From an uncultured Candidatus Micrarchaeota archaeon (lineage in GTDB: Archaea > Micrarchaeota > Micrarchaeia > Anstonellales > Bilamarchaeaceae): a stretch of 64,000 nucleotides of DNA. Positions 35,875-47,331 of this stretch are shown here, piece after piece. The translations under genes were made by a program, and so were the position numbers. Below the pieces are notes generated by a model. It was not told the DNA's origin, searched no databases, and was given only the letters and a program-made list of their open reading frames with translations. Each line of letters starts with the position of its first letter. Within the stretch, counting starts at the first letter, position 1. Location of the stretch: the NCBI GenBank assembly GCA_963714085.1, contig OY970229.1:1-64000 (forward strand), read 5' to 3'.

Positions 35875-36354
35875 ATGGCCAAGAAAGCGGTGGAGGATGC
35901 GTCGTTCGCTGCAGGGTGCTTCTGGGGCGTGGAGGAGGCGTTCCGCTGCACGAAGGGCGTGGTCGAGACCGAGGCCGGCTACATGGGCGGGACCACGAAG
36001 AACCCGACTTATGAGGAGGTCTGCACAGGCGAGACCGGCCACGCGGAGACCGTGCACCTCAAATTCGACCCGAAGCAGATATCCTACGGCAAGCTCCTGG
36101 ACATCTTCTGGAGCATCCACGACCCCACGCAGCTCAACCGCCAGGGACCGGACTTCGGTAGCAACTACCGCTCGATTATCTTCTATTATTCGCCGGAGCA
36201 GAAGAGGCTCGCGACAGAATCCAAGGAGAAACTGGCGAAATCCGGGAAATACAGGAACGACATCGTGACCGAGATAATCCCGGCAGCGGAGTTCTGGCGC
36301 GCCGAGGAGCACCACCAGAAATACGAGATGAAGACCGGAAGGAAGGTATGCTGA
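35875..36354 (+). CDS. msrA: Peptide methionine sulfoxide reductase A
   Basis: Motifs [17 protein letters not shown]...[17 protein letters not shown] and AEEHHQKY. Confidence 0.96.
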   Translation: MAKKAVEDASFAAGCFWGVEEAFRCTKGVVETEAGYMGGTTKNPTYEEVCTGETGHAETVHLKFDPKQISYGKLLDIFWSIHDPTQLNRQGPDFGSNYRSIIFYYSPEQKRLATESKEKLAKSGKYRNDIVTEIIPAAEFWRAEEHHQKYEMKTGRKVC

Positions 36355-36402
36355 GACTGGCAGAAGCTTTATAGGATTTTGTTGTCTAATATGTAAGGGA
36401 CT

Positions 36403-37302
36403 ATGGACGAGGAGCAACTGGCCATTCTTATCAAGAGGATTACCGATACGGTAGACAAGGAGGGGAGACGGTCCGCCGTCCTTGACCTCCGCTCCGCGAT
36501 GGAGACTGCGCAGGAGCTCTCGTACCTCCAGGAGCACGCCGTAGAGCCCCTCGCCAGCCTTCTTTCAGACCCGGACGTGGAGCTCGCTGCCAGCGCGATG
36601 GCCACGCTCGAGGCCGCCAAGGCAGCAGGGATGTCGATAGACGCCGCGGTCCCAGCGATGCAAGAGGCGCAACTCCCCATTCTTATCTGGAGGATCAGCG
36701 ATACGGCAGACACGGAGGGGAGGCAGTCCGCAGTCCTCGACCTCCGCTCCGCGATGGAGACTGCGGACGTGGGACATAAGAAATACCTGCAGGAGCACGC
36801 CATAGAGCCCCTCGCCAGCCTTCTTTCAGACCCGGACGTGAAGCTCGGTGCCAGCGCCATGGCCACGCTCGAGGCCGCCAAGGCAGCAGGGATGCCCATA
36901 GACGCCGTGATCCCCGCGATAGCCCGGGCGTCCACGCACAAATCCTACATCGTGCGGATTTCCGCCATAAGGAGCGTCGGCCCTTTCGTGAAGGAGAGGC
37001 CCGAGCTCGTGCCAGTGCTGCTCGAAGCGCTAGGCGACATGTCCTCGGTCGTGGCGAACAGGGCCATCGAGCCGCTGGAAGGCTTCATAAAGCGCTGCGA
37101 GGACAGGAAAAAGCTCGAGACAATGAGGGCGCGCGCAAGGGAGATGCTCAAGGACGCCAAATCGGAGCAGTTGAAGAGGGCGATGACGCTCCTCGACATC
37201 AGGATCTGCGAGCTCGACTATCCGAAGCTCAGGCCGCGCGAGCGCGCAGCCGCGAAAGTCGGGAATTTCGGCAGGCGAATAAAACTCGCCTTCCAGGGCT
37301 AG
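36403..37302 (+). CDS. HEAT-repeat-like protein with a recent internal duplication
   Basis: An ~85-aa unit is present twice (gacctccgctccgcgatggagactgcg at 36484 and 36739), followed by HEAT-like LVPVLLEALGD...V...A. Confidence 0.75.
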   Translation: MDEEQLAILIKRITDTVDKEGRRSAVLDLRSAMETAQELSYLQEHAVEPLASLLSDPDVELAASAMATLEAAKAAGMSIDAAVPAMQEAQLPILIWRISDTADTEGRQSAVLDLRSAMETADVGHKKYLQEHAIEPLASLLSDPDVKLGASAMATLEAAKAAGMPIDAVIPAIARASTHKSYIVRISAIRSVGPFVKERPELVPVLLEALGDMSSVVANRAIEPLEGFIKRCEDRKKLETMRARAREMLKDAKSEQLKRAMTLLDIRICELDYPKLRPRERAAAKVGNFGRRIKLAFQG

Positions 37303-37320
37303 CGCGTTTTACAAAAGCGC

Positions 37321-37659
37321 TCAGCGCACCCATCTCACCGAGTCCGTGATGGCGGCCATGAACTTCTGCCTCGATTTCATCGGCGCGTGCATGACCACGA
37401 AGACCTTCTTCGAGCCGAAGAACAGGTCGAACACCACGATGCCGTCCGTGCAGGTCTCATGCCTGTCCGTGTAATCCGCCACGCGCTTGATCCTGCTCCT
37501 GCCGGCTGCGGCCGTCTTCTCTATCTCGTGGCCGTAGCAGGCGTGTCCGAACGCCTTCTTCGTCAGCTCGCCGAAGGACTTGAAGAAATCCTGGTCCTTC
37601 GAGAATATGACGAACGTGTAATCCTTCTCATTCCCCACTCCGGAAACCTTGAGTTTCAT
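37321..37659 (-). CDS. Hypothetical protein
   Basis: 112-aa ORF with a GGAGGT ribosome-binding site, directly downstream of the beta-CASP gene. Confidence 0.7.
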   Translation of the reverse strand: MKLKVSGVGNEKDYTFVIFSKDQDFFKSFGELTKKAFGHACYGHEIEKTAAAGRSRIKRVADYTDRHETCTDGIVVFDLFFGSKKVFVVMHAPMKSRQKFMAAITDSVRWVR

Positions 37660-37675
37660 GTCGATACCTCCAAAC

Positions 37676-39058
37676 CTACTTCAGCTCCACGGTCTCCCCC
37701 AGCACCGGCACGTGGGTGTCGAAGCCGAGCTTGTCCAGGGTCTTCTCCAGGCCCAATGACGAGCTCTCCTCCCCATGGACGATGAACAGCTTCTTCGGCT
37801 TCTCCTTGAAGCCCGAGGCCCACCTGACCAGCTCCTTCGAATCGGCATGCGAGGAGAAACTGTCTATCTGGCGCACCTGCGCCTTCACCGCGACCTCCAT
37901 GCCCATCATCCTCACGACGTCCGCGCCCTCGAGGATGACCCTGCCGAGCGAGCCCTCGGCCTGGTACCCCACGAAGAGGAGCGTGTTCTGCGATTTCCAC
38001 AGGTTGTACTTGAGATGGTACCTTATGCGCCCGCCTGTGCACATGCCGTTGCCCGCGATTATCATGCACGGCTTCGGGTAGTCGTTCATGGTCTGGGAGT
38101 CCTGGGAGGTCTTGAGGTATTTGAGGTTCTTGAAGCCGAACGGGTCCTTGAACTCCTCGCGGAGGGACGCGCTGAAATAATCCATGTTCCTGGTGAAGAC
38201 GCGGGTGGCGTCTATGGCGAGCGGGCTGTCCAGGAAGACGTTCTCGCTGGGGAGCTCCTTGTCCCGGGCCATCCGGTGCAGGTAATAGAGCAGCTCCTGG
38301 GTCCGCTCCACTGCGAAGGATGGTATGAGCAGCTTGCCCCTTCTCTTGAACGTCTCCTCCACTACTTGGGAGAACATGTCCCCGCGCGTCTTGATCGCGC
38401 TGTGGAGCCGGTCCCCGTACGTGGATTCTATGAGCACGTAATCCGCGTCACCTATGAGCGTGGGGTTGTCCAGCAATGGGGTGTCCCACTGGCCCAGGTC
38501 TCCGGAGAACACGAGCTTCCGCGTCTTCCCTCCCTCGGTCGCGTGAAGCTCTATTATGGCCGAGCCCAGGATGTGCCCGGCGTTCCGGAACCTCATCCTC
38601 AGCCCGTCGCTGATGTCGTAGGGCGAGTCGTACGGGACCGGGCTGAACAGGCGGCACGCTGCCTTCACGTCCTCGATCTTGAAGAGCGGCTCCCTGGGCG
38701 GAAGCCCGAGCCTCAGGCGCCGCTTGTTCTCGTGCATCGTGTCGTCCTCGTTCACGTGCGCGGAGTCCTCGAGCATGATCTTGGCCAGGTCTATGGTCGG
38801 CGGTGTCGCGATTATCTTCCCCCTGAAGCCCATCTTCACCAGTTTGGGTATGAGTCCTGAATGGTCTATGTGGGCGTGGGTGAGGAGCAGGCACGAGATG
38901 TCCTTGGGCCTGAACCTGAACGGTTCGTAATTAAGCCGGTTTATGTCCTTCGCGCCCTGGAACATCCCGCAGTCGATGAGTATCTTCTTCCCCGCGGCTT
39001 CAAGCAGGTAGCATGAGCCGGTGACTATCCGGGCCGCCCCGTTGAACGTCAGCTTCAT
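37676..39058 (-). CDS. MBL-fold beta-CASP ribonuclease (Ysh1/CPSF-like exonuclease family)
   Basis: Motifs GAARIVTGSC, DCGMFQG, THAHIDHSG, AGHILGS, FSGDLG, ESTYGDRLH, FAVERTQE and FSSHAD. I moved the start to ATG 39058. Confidence 0.93.
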   Translation of the reverse strand: MKLTFNGAARIVTGSCYLLEAAGKKILIDCGMFQGAKDINRLNYEPFRFRPKDISCLLLTHAHIDHSGLIPKLVKMGFRGKIIATPPTIDLAKIMLEDSAHVNEDDTMHENKRRLRLGLPPREPLFKIEDVKAACRLFSPVPYDSPYDISDGLRMRFRNAGHILGSAIIELHATEGGKTRKLVFSGDLGQWDTPLLDNPTLIGDADYVLIESTYGDRLHSAIKTRGDMFSQVVEETFKRRGKLLIPSFAVERTQELLYYLHRMARDKELPSENVFLDSPLAIDATRVFTRNMDYFSASLREEFKDPFGFKNLKYLKTSQDSQTMNDYPKPCMIIAGNGMCTGGRIRYHLKYNLWKSQNTLLFVGYQAEGSLGRVILEGADVVRMMGMEVAVKAQVRQIDSFSSHADSKELVRWASGFKEKPKKLFIVHGEESSSLGLEKTLDKLGFDTHVPVLGETVELK

Positions 39059-39102
39059 ATGCCTACTTCCCCGGCACGGTTTAAAGCCTTTGCCGGTCCG
39101 CT

Positions 39103-42100
39103 TCAGGAGGGCCTGGCCTGCTCGGCGCCGGTGGCGACCCACCTGCTGTTGTTCAGCTGCATCTGGTAGCTCTGGTTTATCCACTGCGCGCTCCGTGCCA
39201 CGTTGGAGAGCTCCACTTCGTCTATCGTGCCGTTGAAGGTGCAGTTGGTCTGGCTGTCCGCCGAGTAGGCGATCCTCATGGGCGTGGCGTAATAGGTTAT
39301 GTTCCCGGACAGCGAGGACGAGTTCGCGGACAGCGCGCCGTCGATATAGACCTTCACCGCGCTCCCCGAGTTCCAGGTCATGGCCAGGTAGTGCCATGCG
39401 TTCAGGGTTATGCTGCCGGCGGTGACCTCATGGCTGGTTCCGTTGACATTGACACCGGCGTCGATGTTCCTTCCGGTGCCGTTCTGCTCCAGGGCGTAGG
39501 AGATGTACGGGGCCACGTTGGTTGTCGGGGTCTTGGACACGATTTTCGCGTAATTCGTATTGCTGTTGGTCCAGTACACCCAGGCAGAGACCGTGATCGC
39601 CGTCGCCGGTTCCAGGCTGTTCGCGCGGCTCACATTGATGAAATCGCTGGTCGTGTTGAACTTGAGGCTGCCGTTTATCTGCCCTGCGACCTGCTGTGAG
39701 AGCGTCATGGAGCCGTTCGTGGTGCCGTTGTTGCCGTTGGGGGTGCTGTCCTTGATCTGCGGCGCGGTCCCCGCCGGGTTCTGGCTCATGTGCCATACCC
39801 CTCCGAACGTAGAGCCCCAGACTCCGCTTGCGTTCTGCCCCGAGCCCACCGCGGTGTTGTTCTTGTAATACACCGAGATGGTGGTGTTCGCCGCGTTGAG
39901 GGTCGGGACACCCACCCAGATGATTGCGCTCGTCGCCGTGTAGTTCTCTATCTCGTATGGCAGCAGGGTCCCGCCGTTGTTGCAGCTGGCGTTGTAGAAC
40001 CTGAGGTCCGAGTAATTGGCCTGCATGTCCGAATCATACGCCAGGTTGACCACCGCCGGGAAGTTCGCCTGGCTGGAGCCGCTGACACTGGCTATCGTGA
40101 TGTTTCTGCACCTGTCGAGCGACGCGTTGGCCCACTGGCCCGGAGAGGACACGTTCACCGTGAAGCTCCTCGTCGCCGAGGCGCCGGAGTTGTTCGCATT
40201 GTCCTTGCACTGGACATACCAGGCGTGGTTCCCGTTGGCCAGGCCGCTGATGTTGAATATCGCCGCGGTGTTGTTGGCAGTCGAGGAGTTGGTCTGCTTC
40301 AGGACCCCGTCCAGGAATATGGAGCAGCTCATCACCGGAGCCAGGTTGTCGATGGCCGTGAAGTTGAACGCCACGGTCGAGGTGTTGAATGCCGAGGCGT
40401 TGGCCGGGGAATTGAGGCTTACTATAGGTGCGGTTGTGTCCACGGTTAAGTTCCTGGTCGCGCTAGTGCCGGTATTGCCGGCCGAATCATTGCATGAGAC
40501 GTACCAAGTGTGGGCTCCGTCCGGAGTGGATGCGCTGATTATCGTAGTGGTGTTCCTCTGGACCGATGCATTGGAGCCTATCTGCGAGCCGTCGCGGAAC
40601 AGGGCGCAGCTCGTGGTCGATGAGAGTGCGTCCGTCGCAGTGAAGCTGAATGCTATTGTCGAGTAGTTGAGCAGGGCTCCGGAGGGTGGCGAATTCAGGG
40701 TGACCGCAGGAGCGGTCGTGTCCACAGTGAAATTGCTGGTCACGCTCTTGGCGGTGTTGTTCGCGCTGTCCGTGCACTGGACGTACCAGGAGTGGCTGCC
40801 GTCAGCCATGCCGCTGACGTTGAAGACGGTCACGGTGTTGTTAGCCACGGACGGGTTGTTCTGGTTCAGGACGTTGTCCAGGAATATGGAGCAGCTCATG
40901 GCCTGGGTCGTATTGTCCGTGGCCGTGAAATAGAAGGCGGCCGTGGAGGAGCCGAGAAGTGCGCCTGAAGCCGGGGAGTTGAGGGTCACTGCCAGGGGCG
41001 GCGGTACGTAGGCCAGGACGACTGCGCTGGCGTTCTGGTTCCAGGTCGTGGTCCCGTCCGTGGCCGTGCACTGGAATATCCAGCTCTGGCCGTCCGCGAA
41101 CGAGGTGGTGAGGTTGTTGACGAGGTAGTTGGTCCCGCTGGAGCTGCTGTTGGATATGCTGAAATAGACGTCCTGGTCGTAGACGTCCGCGGCCGTGAAG
41201 TCGTTGGTGGCCGTGCTGTCGGTGCCGACGCTCACCCAGGACGAGCCGTTGTAGCAGAATTTGGACGTTTGGGAATAATTGGTCGTCGTCGCTGTGCTGT
41301 AATAGACCGTGAGATTGACATAGTCGACTTCGAGGACCCTGCTTCCGGTTCCGGTCATGCGCGAGGCCGAGAATGCGATGCCTGAGCTTGCGTTGTCGAT
41401 GTCGCCGGGCGACCATTGGGCGCCCCACAGGTCCGTCGAGCTGCCATAAAGCGCGGTTATCTCGCTGTTCTGCGGCCAGGCGCTGGCGTTCTGGTGGTTC
41501 GTGCCGCCTATGGCGCCGTCCTTCACCAGATAGACCCCGGTGTCGTTGGCCGTCGTTGAATTGGTGTTCTTGTCTATCCGTGCCTGGATGCCGGTTATGG
41601 TGGCGCCGGCAGGGATGCTGAAACCGAAGTTCGTCACTTTGAGATAGACTGTCTGCTGCTGGGAGCCGTTGCCCGGGCTCGTCGCTATGGCGTATATGGC
41701 GTCGGAGGAATTGGCGTTGCGCGGGTTGGCCCAGCTAAGAGAGCCGACCGAAGTGTCGTTCGCGAAGGTTCCTCCGTTGGCGCTTGCCGAGAGCTGCTGG
41801 CTGCCTGTCGAGGAATTGCTGTTGTTGGCCGTTATCCTGAGCTGGATCGTCGCCCGGTCGGCGCAGGCTGCGGGTAGCGTGACGTTGCTGGTGGCCAGCT
41901 TGCCATGCTTGGTCTGCCAGAGCGTGACATTCGTGCTGTTGGCCGGGTTGGTATAGTTCCAGTAGAACGAGGCGCTTGAAAATGCAGTATAGGAGGCTTT
42001 GGTGGAGTAGTTGCCGTCGTTTGCGTTGGCCGGGTTGGTGAAGCCGCTATCATAGGCGAAGGCCTTGCCGGCCGTTCCGATCATGATGGCCGGTGTCAGG

Positions 42101-45100
42101 GACGAGAACGCGCCCGAGGCGTTCGCGGCGCCGTTCACGAACCATGTGTAGTTTATCGCATAGGCGCCTGGGCCGGCCGGGGTGATGCCGCAGTAGCCGG
42201 CTATCCCGGAGACGGTGCTCGCGTCGAGCGTCCCGGCCGGGCTGGTCGTCACGTTCAGGGCCGTCGCGTTCAGCGAGCCGCGGTTTGTGAGCGGAAGGTA
42301 GTCCACGCTCGGGCCGCCGGGGACGGGGTATGTAGTATTCCCGATGCCGCTTCCATCGGTGCACACTCCGGCATAATCCGAATACCAGTTCCCTCCGGTG
42401 CAGCTGCCTCCTACGATGTTCCGGTTCGAGCAGTCCTCGGTCTTGTTCCAGGAGTCCGCGCCGTCGTCATGGGCCACCCCCTGGCTCCCTGTGGCGTTGA
42501 AGACGTTGTTGTAGACGAAACTGTTCGGGGACGCTGTCACGTATGCCTGGTATGCCGAATTGTTGTAGGCGGTGTTGCCGGCGAGGGTGCTGCTGGAGGC
42601 GCCGCTGATGTAGAAGCCGTATTGCGAGTTGTCGTAGGCGATGTTGCTGGCGAGCCTGTTGCCGGTGCTGTCGATGTAGCCGCCTTGGAGGAGGAAGCCG
42701 TCCACGGAATCATAAGCGATGTTGTTGGTGATGCTGTTGTGGTTGGAATTGGAGTCCACGAAGAAGTCGTATTGCGAGTCGTCGTGGGCGACGTTGCCCG
42801 TGATGTTGCTGTCCGAGCATCCGCTCAGGTAGAAGCCGTATGGCGAGCCGTAGGAGGTGTCGGAGACTAGGGCCGTGAAGTCCCCGGCGCCCAGGTCGAA
42901 ATCCTCTTCGGCATTGTTATGGGCCGTCACATTGCTTATCACGCTGCCGTTGAAAGCGCCCCCGTAGACGCCGTAGCTGTAGCCCGATATGCTGGGGCAG
43001 TTCTCCACAGTGACGTTGCTGATGGGGCCCATGGGGCTGAACAGCATGATGCCGTAAGTGTAGCCCGCGGTGCCGTTATTGGTGATGCTGTGGCCGTTGC
43101 AGTTGAAGACCACGTTAGACGTCGTGATGTCCACGCAGGCGGTGCCCGGCTCCGGGAGTACGGTGTTCGGCGCTCCGGTGTCGTCCGCGCTCTGGGTATA
43201 CGTGCCGCTCATGTTGATGATCGGGCAGTTGATCCGCACCGTGAAGCTCCTGGTGGCGCTCGTGCCGGTGTTGCCCGCGTGGTCGGTGCATTGGACGTAC
43301 CAGCTGTGGTTCCCGTCGCTTATGCCGCTGATTGTGAAAATTGCCGCGGTGTTGTTGGCCACCGAGGAGTTCGTTCTGGCTCAGGGCATTGTCCAGGAAG
43401 AGGGAGCAGCCCATGGTCGCGGACAAGGCGTCCGTTGCGGTGAAGCCGAAGGCCACCGTGGAGGAATTGAACGACGACCGGTCGGCCGGGGAGTTCAGGA
43501 TGACCGAAGGCGGGACGGTATCGACGCTGAAGGTGTTGGTTGCGCTTGTTTCCGTGTTGTTCGCGTTATCCGTGCACTGGATGTACCAGGAGTGGGTTCC
43601 GTCGGCGATGTGGCTGATCGTGAAGACGGTCGCGGTGCCGTTTGCCACCGAATGGTTGGTCTGGTTGAGCGCCCCGTCAAGGAATATGGAGCAGCCCGCG
43701 GTGGCCGAACGCCCGTTCATCAGGGTGAAATTGAAGGCCATGGAAGAGGCGCTCGAGAGCGAGCCATTGCCCGGGGCGTTTAGTATTATGTCCGGCATGC
43801 CGTTGAGTTCCAGGACGCCATAGACGGCATCCGCTGCGATGCCGGTTGCGGACAGCGAGTGGGCCATCGTGTTCGGCGAGGCGTTCAGCATCTGCCAGGA
43901 AGCTCCATAATCGAACAGCCTCAGCCAGCTCTCGTCATAGCCGTTGAGTTCCGAGGCGCTCCAGCTCCACACTGCGCTGTCTATGCTCGGAGTGCCGTTC
44001 ACCGCCCTTATAGCGACGAACTTCTGCGCGAAGCTGATGTCGCCGGGCGGCAGGGCGCTCGTGTTCGTGGACCACGAGATGGAATAGGCCTCGCCGGAGC
44101 TCACTGTGTCGTTGATGCTCAGCGTGGTGTAGTCCTGCATGGTGCCCGGAGGGCTGTCAAATACCACGCCCGAGAGGTTCAGGATGAGCGGGGAGCCGGA
44201 ATCGTCCTGCACCAGCACATCCGCGCCATTATCGGACAGGTGCATGCCCTGCACGAATGTATTGTTCGAGTCGTATACCAGCAACCCGGTATCGGAGTTG
44301 TTGGATGCGGTGTTGCCCAGGATATCGTTGCCTGGCGAGGAGATGATGTCGAAGCCGTCCGAAGAGCCGTATTCGGTATTGTTCGAGATGGTGTTATTGG
44401 TCGAGCCGCCATCCATCTGGAAGCAGGGGCCGTAGGCTGACATGGCATTCTCATTTATCACGCTGCTGTTGGCATCGGTGTAATGCATGCAGTTGGCGTT
44501 GTCGACGAGGGAGTTGTATCCGATGGTCTCGCTATCCGAATCATGGATCGCGACCGCCCAGCCGCCGTTATACGCGATGTTGTTGTCCTCCACTGTGTTG
44601 AAGTCGGAGTGGTTTTCGAATTTTATCGCCTCTGCGGCGGGGTTGTTCGAGACGTTGTTGTTCAGGACTATGTTGTGGCTGGATTGGGTCCCGAAATAGA
44701 TGCCGTTCCAGCTTCCGCCCGTGACGGTATTGCCGACGATCTGGTTGCCGCCGGAGTTGACCTCGAAGGAGAGGCCGCGGTCCTGGCTGCCGCCAAGCAC
44801 GCTGTGGGTGATGGTATTGTCAACCGATCCGTTGGTAAACTCGAAGCCGGAGTAGCCGTTATCCGATGCGGTGTCGTTCGAGAACTGGTCGAACTCGCTG
44901 CCGACCATGTAGAAACCGAAAGCGTTCCCGGACGCGTTGTCATTGGTGAAGACGCTGTTGGCCGACTGGTAGACGTATATCCCGTCCGTGTAATTGGATA
45001 TGCCGGGGCAGTTCTTCACAGTGACGTTGCCTACCGTGTTCAAGAATATGCCGAAGGTCGTTCCAGATGCCCCCCCGGCGTTGATGCTGTGCCCCGCGCA

Positions 45101-47251
45101 GTCGAAGACCACGTTGGACGAAGCGATTTCGACGCACGCCAGATCCCCGCCGGATATCACCGAGGCGTCATTGGGCGCCCCCACGTAATTGGCTGGCTGG
45201 GTGTACGTTCCCGGAGAGGTTATGATCGGGCAGTAGTTCTCCACGATAAGGCGCCTCGCCGCGCTGGTTCCCGTGTTGCCTGCATTATTCGTGCACTTCA
45301 CATACCACGTATGGTTTCCATCGGGTATGCTATTGACCTGGAAGACGGTCGCGAGGTCGTTGGGAGTATAAGCGTTAGTCTGGCTGAGGACGTTGTCCAG
45401 GAAAAGCGAGCAGCCCATCGTCGCGGAGAGGTTGTCGATCGCAGTGAAGTCGAAGGCCACTGTGGATGAATTCGAGATAGATGAATCGGCCGGGGAGTTA
45501 AGGGTGACGGATGGGGTGGCCGTATCGATGATGAAGGCCACGGTGCTGTAATAGACCGCACCTTCGGTGGTATTCTCATAGACGGTAAGCGAATGATACC
45601 CTATGGGAAGCGAGCTCAGCGTCGTATTGCCACAGCCCGGAAGGGTGACGTTAGGGCCGTTATCCAGCGAATACCAGCAGGAGCTCTGGTTTATGGTCGA
45701 ATAATCCAGGGGGATGGAAGTGATGTTGTACGAAGAGCCCGACGGGCTCTGGATCGAGATGAAAAGGCCCAGGTTCTGCGTTTGCGTGGAAGCGACGATC
45801 CCCAATCCGGTTTCCCAGCAGGTTATGTTCCAGTTGTTCTGCATCCCTAACGGCACAGGGTAGGTCATCACGGTGGCGGTCCCGTTGTCCGCTGAAGTGG
45901 TATCGACTATCGCGCCGTTGATATTCAAGTCGCACGTCGAGGTCGGAGAAATCCTGTTGTTGACGCTGAAATTGAACACGGCCGGGCTGGTCGTGATCAC
46001 GTTCTGCGTTGGCGAGTTCACCGTGATCGTCGGGGCGAAATTAGGCGGTGTTACGCCATTGATGGAATCGGCTTCGACGCCGATGTCGAAACAGCCGAAA
46101 GCCGCCCGGAGGTAGCCGTTCTCGCCCCATCCGCTGCCCCAGCTGTTCTTTATTATCCAGTAGCTCGTGTTCGGGTTTCCCGTATCGTTGTAGCCGACCA
46201 GAACGACATCATGGTCCGTGAAGGTCGAAGGAGCGGCGCAGTTCAATATCCCCCCGCTGTAATACCATTCGCTCGCATCGGCCACGATATTGAGCGGGCC
46301 GTCATTGATGAGTATCTGCTCCAAAGCGGCGTTGCTGAGATCGGCATAATCCTGGAAGCCGGTTATGGTCCAATTCCTGTTCGCGTAGTCCGTGCATCTT
46401 TGAGAACATACGTCGGAGTCTCCACTAGACGTATGGTAGTCTCCATAAGGGAAGCAGGCATTATCGACCGTCCCGCTGGTTTCGTAATCCTGCAGCGCTT
46501 CAACGGGCCATCCGCCACTGCAACTCCCTGCATTGCCGCACGATATCTCGTCCTGCTCTGACAGGTAAGGCTGGAGCCTGGACTCGTTCATCACCATGTT
46601 GTATCTCGCTTCTACGGTGCCTATGGTCCCGAACGCCCAGCAGCTGCCGCACGCGCCCTGGTCCTTTATCGAGGTGATCCAACCCATGGAGGTGTTGAAA
46701 TAAGGGTAATTCGATGCTGCGTAGATGGTATTGGCCGGGGGGTTCCTCCAATCCCAGTATGAAAACTGAGTCGCATTATACGAGGACTGCATGGGTGCAG
46801 CTCGAGATACCGCGCCGACCATCTGGTTCAGCTGCGCTTTCACGGCTCCGGGGGCTATGCTGCCGCCGAGTTCGGAGCTCAGGTTCATCAAGTCCATGAC
46901 CGGAGTTCCGCTGGTAGTGCTCAACGCGCTGACGCCGCCCGGCGCCCGGGTGCAGGCGGCATATTTGTAATTGCCGTTTGACACGGTCGTGATCCCATAA
47001 CCGTTTTTTACGCAGTAGGAGAATTTCGCGCCGCATTCCCCGTTCAGGAAAGCCCATGCGTCGCACTGCGTCCCGTCAGGCATGGTGCAGACGCTGTATT
47101 CGTTCGAATTGGCATCGGTCTGGACCGCGTAACTGTAGCCGCCGTACCTGCTGTTCATCTCGTTGCAATAGACCGCCGAAGGGTTGGCCAGCGCGAAAAC
47201 CGTGCCGCAGGAGAGAACCATCAATACCAGGATCGCGGACAGATTTTTCAT
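39103..47251 (-). pseudogene. Secreted multidomain C1A cysteine protease, paralogue 1 (~2,715 aa if repaired), interrupted by a 1-nt insertion at 43374-43375
   Basis: Track ORFs 43115..47260 and 39103..43362 join into one gene collinear with paralogue 2. It has a signal peptide, DUF333 (ANPSAVYC...C.MPDG..CDAWAF..GEC), QGACGSCWAF / DHDVVLVGY / YWIIKNSWG, Ig-like repeats, two beta-helix blocks, DUF2341-like DLRFY...LPYEIE and a LamG-like end. A sequencing error cannot be excluded. Confidence 0.8.
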
Positions 47252-47331
47252 AGATGACACACCTTAGCATACCTTTTGCATAGACGACTACTCGCGCCTG
47301 TTCATGAAACATATCGGCAGATACGGTCTCC

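Noticed and set aside
39059..39397. N-terminal extension of the beta-CASP ORF in the track
   Set aside because: It overlaps the protease 3' end in another frame. The family N-terminus begins at MKLTFNGAA, with a TATA-like box just upstream.
43360..43390. Programmed ribosomal frameshift or phase-variable tract in protease paralogue 1
   Set aside because: Only an AA dinucleotide is present, with no slippery heptamer or simple-sequence repeat; mutation or sequencing error is more likely.
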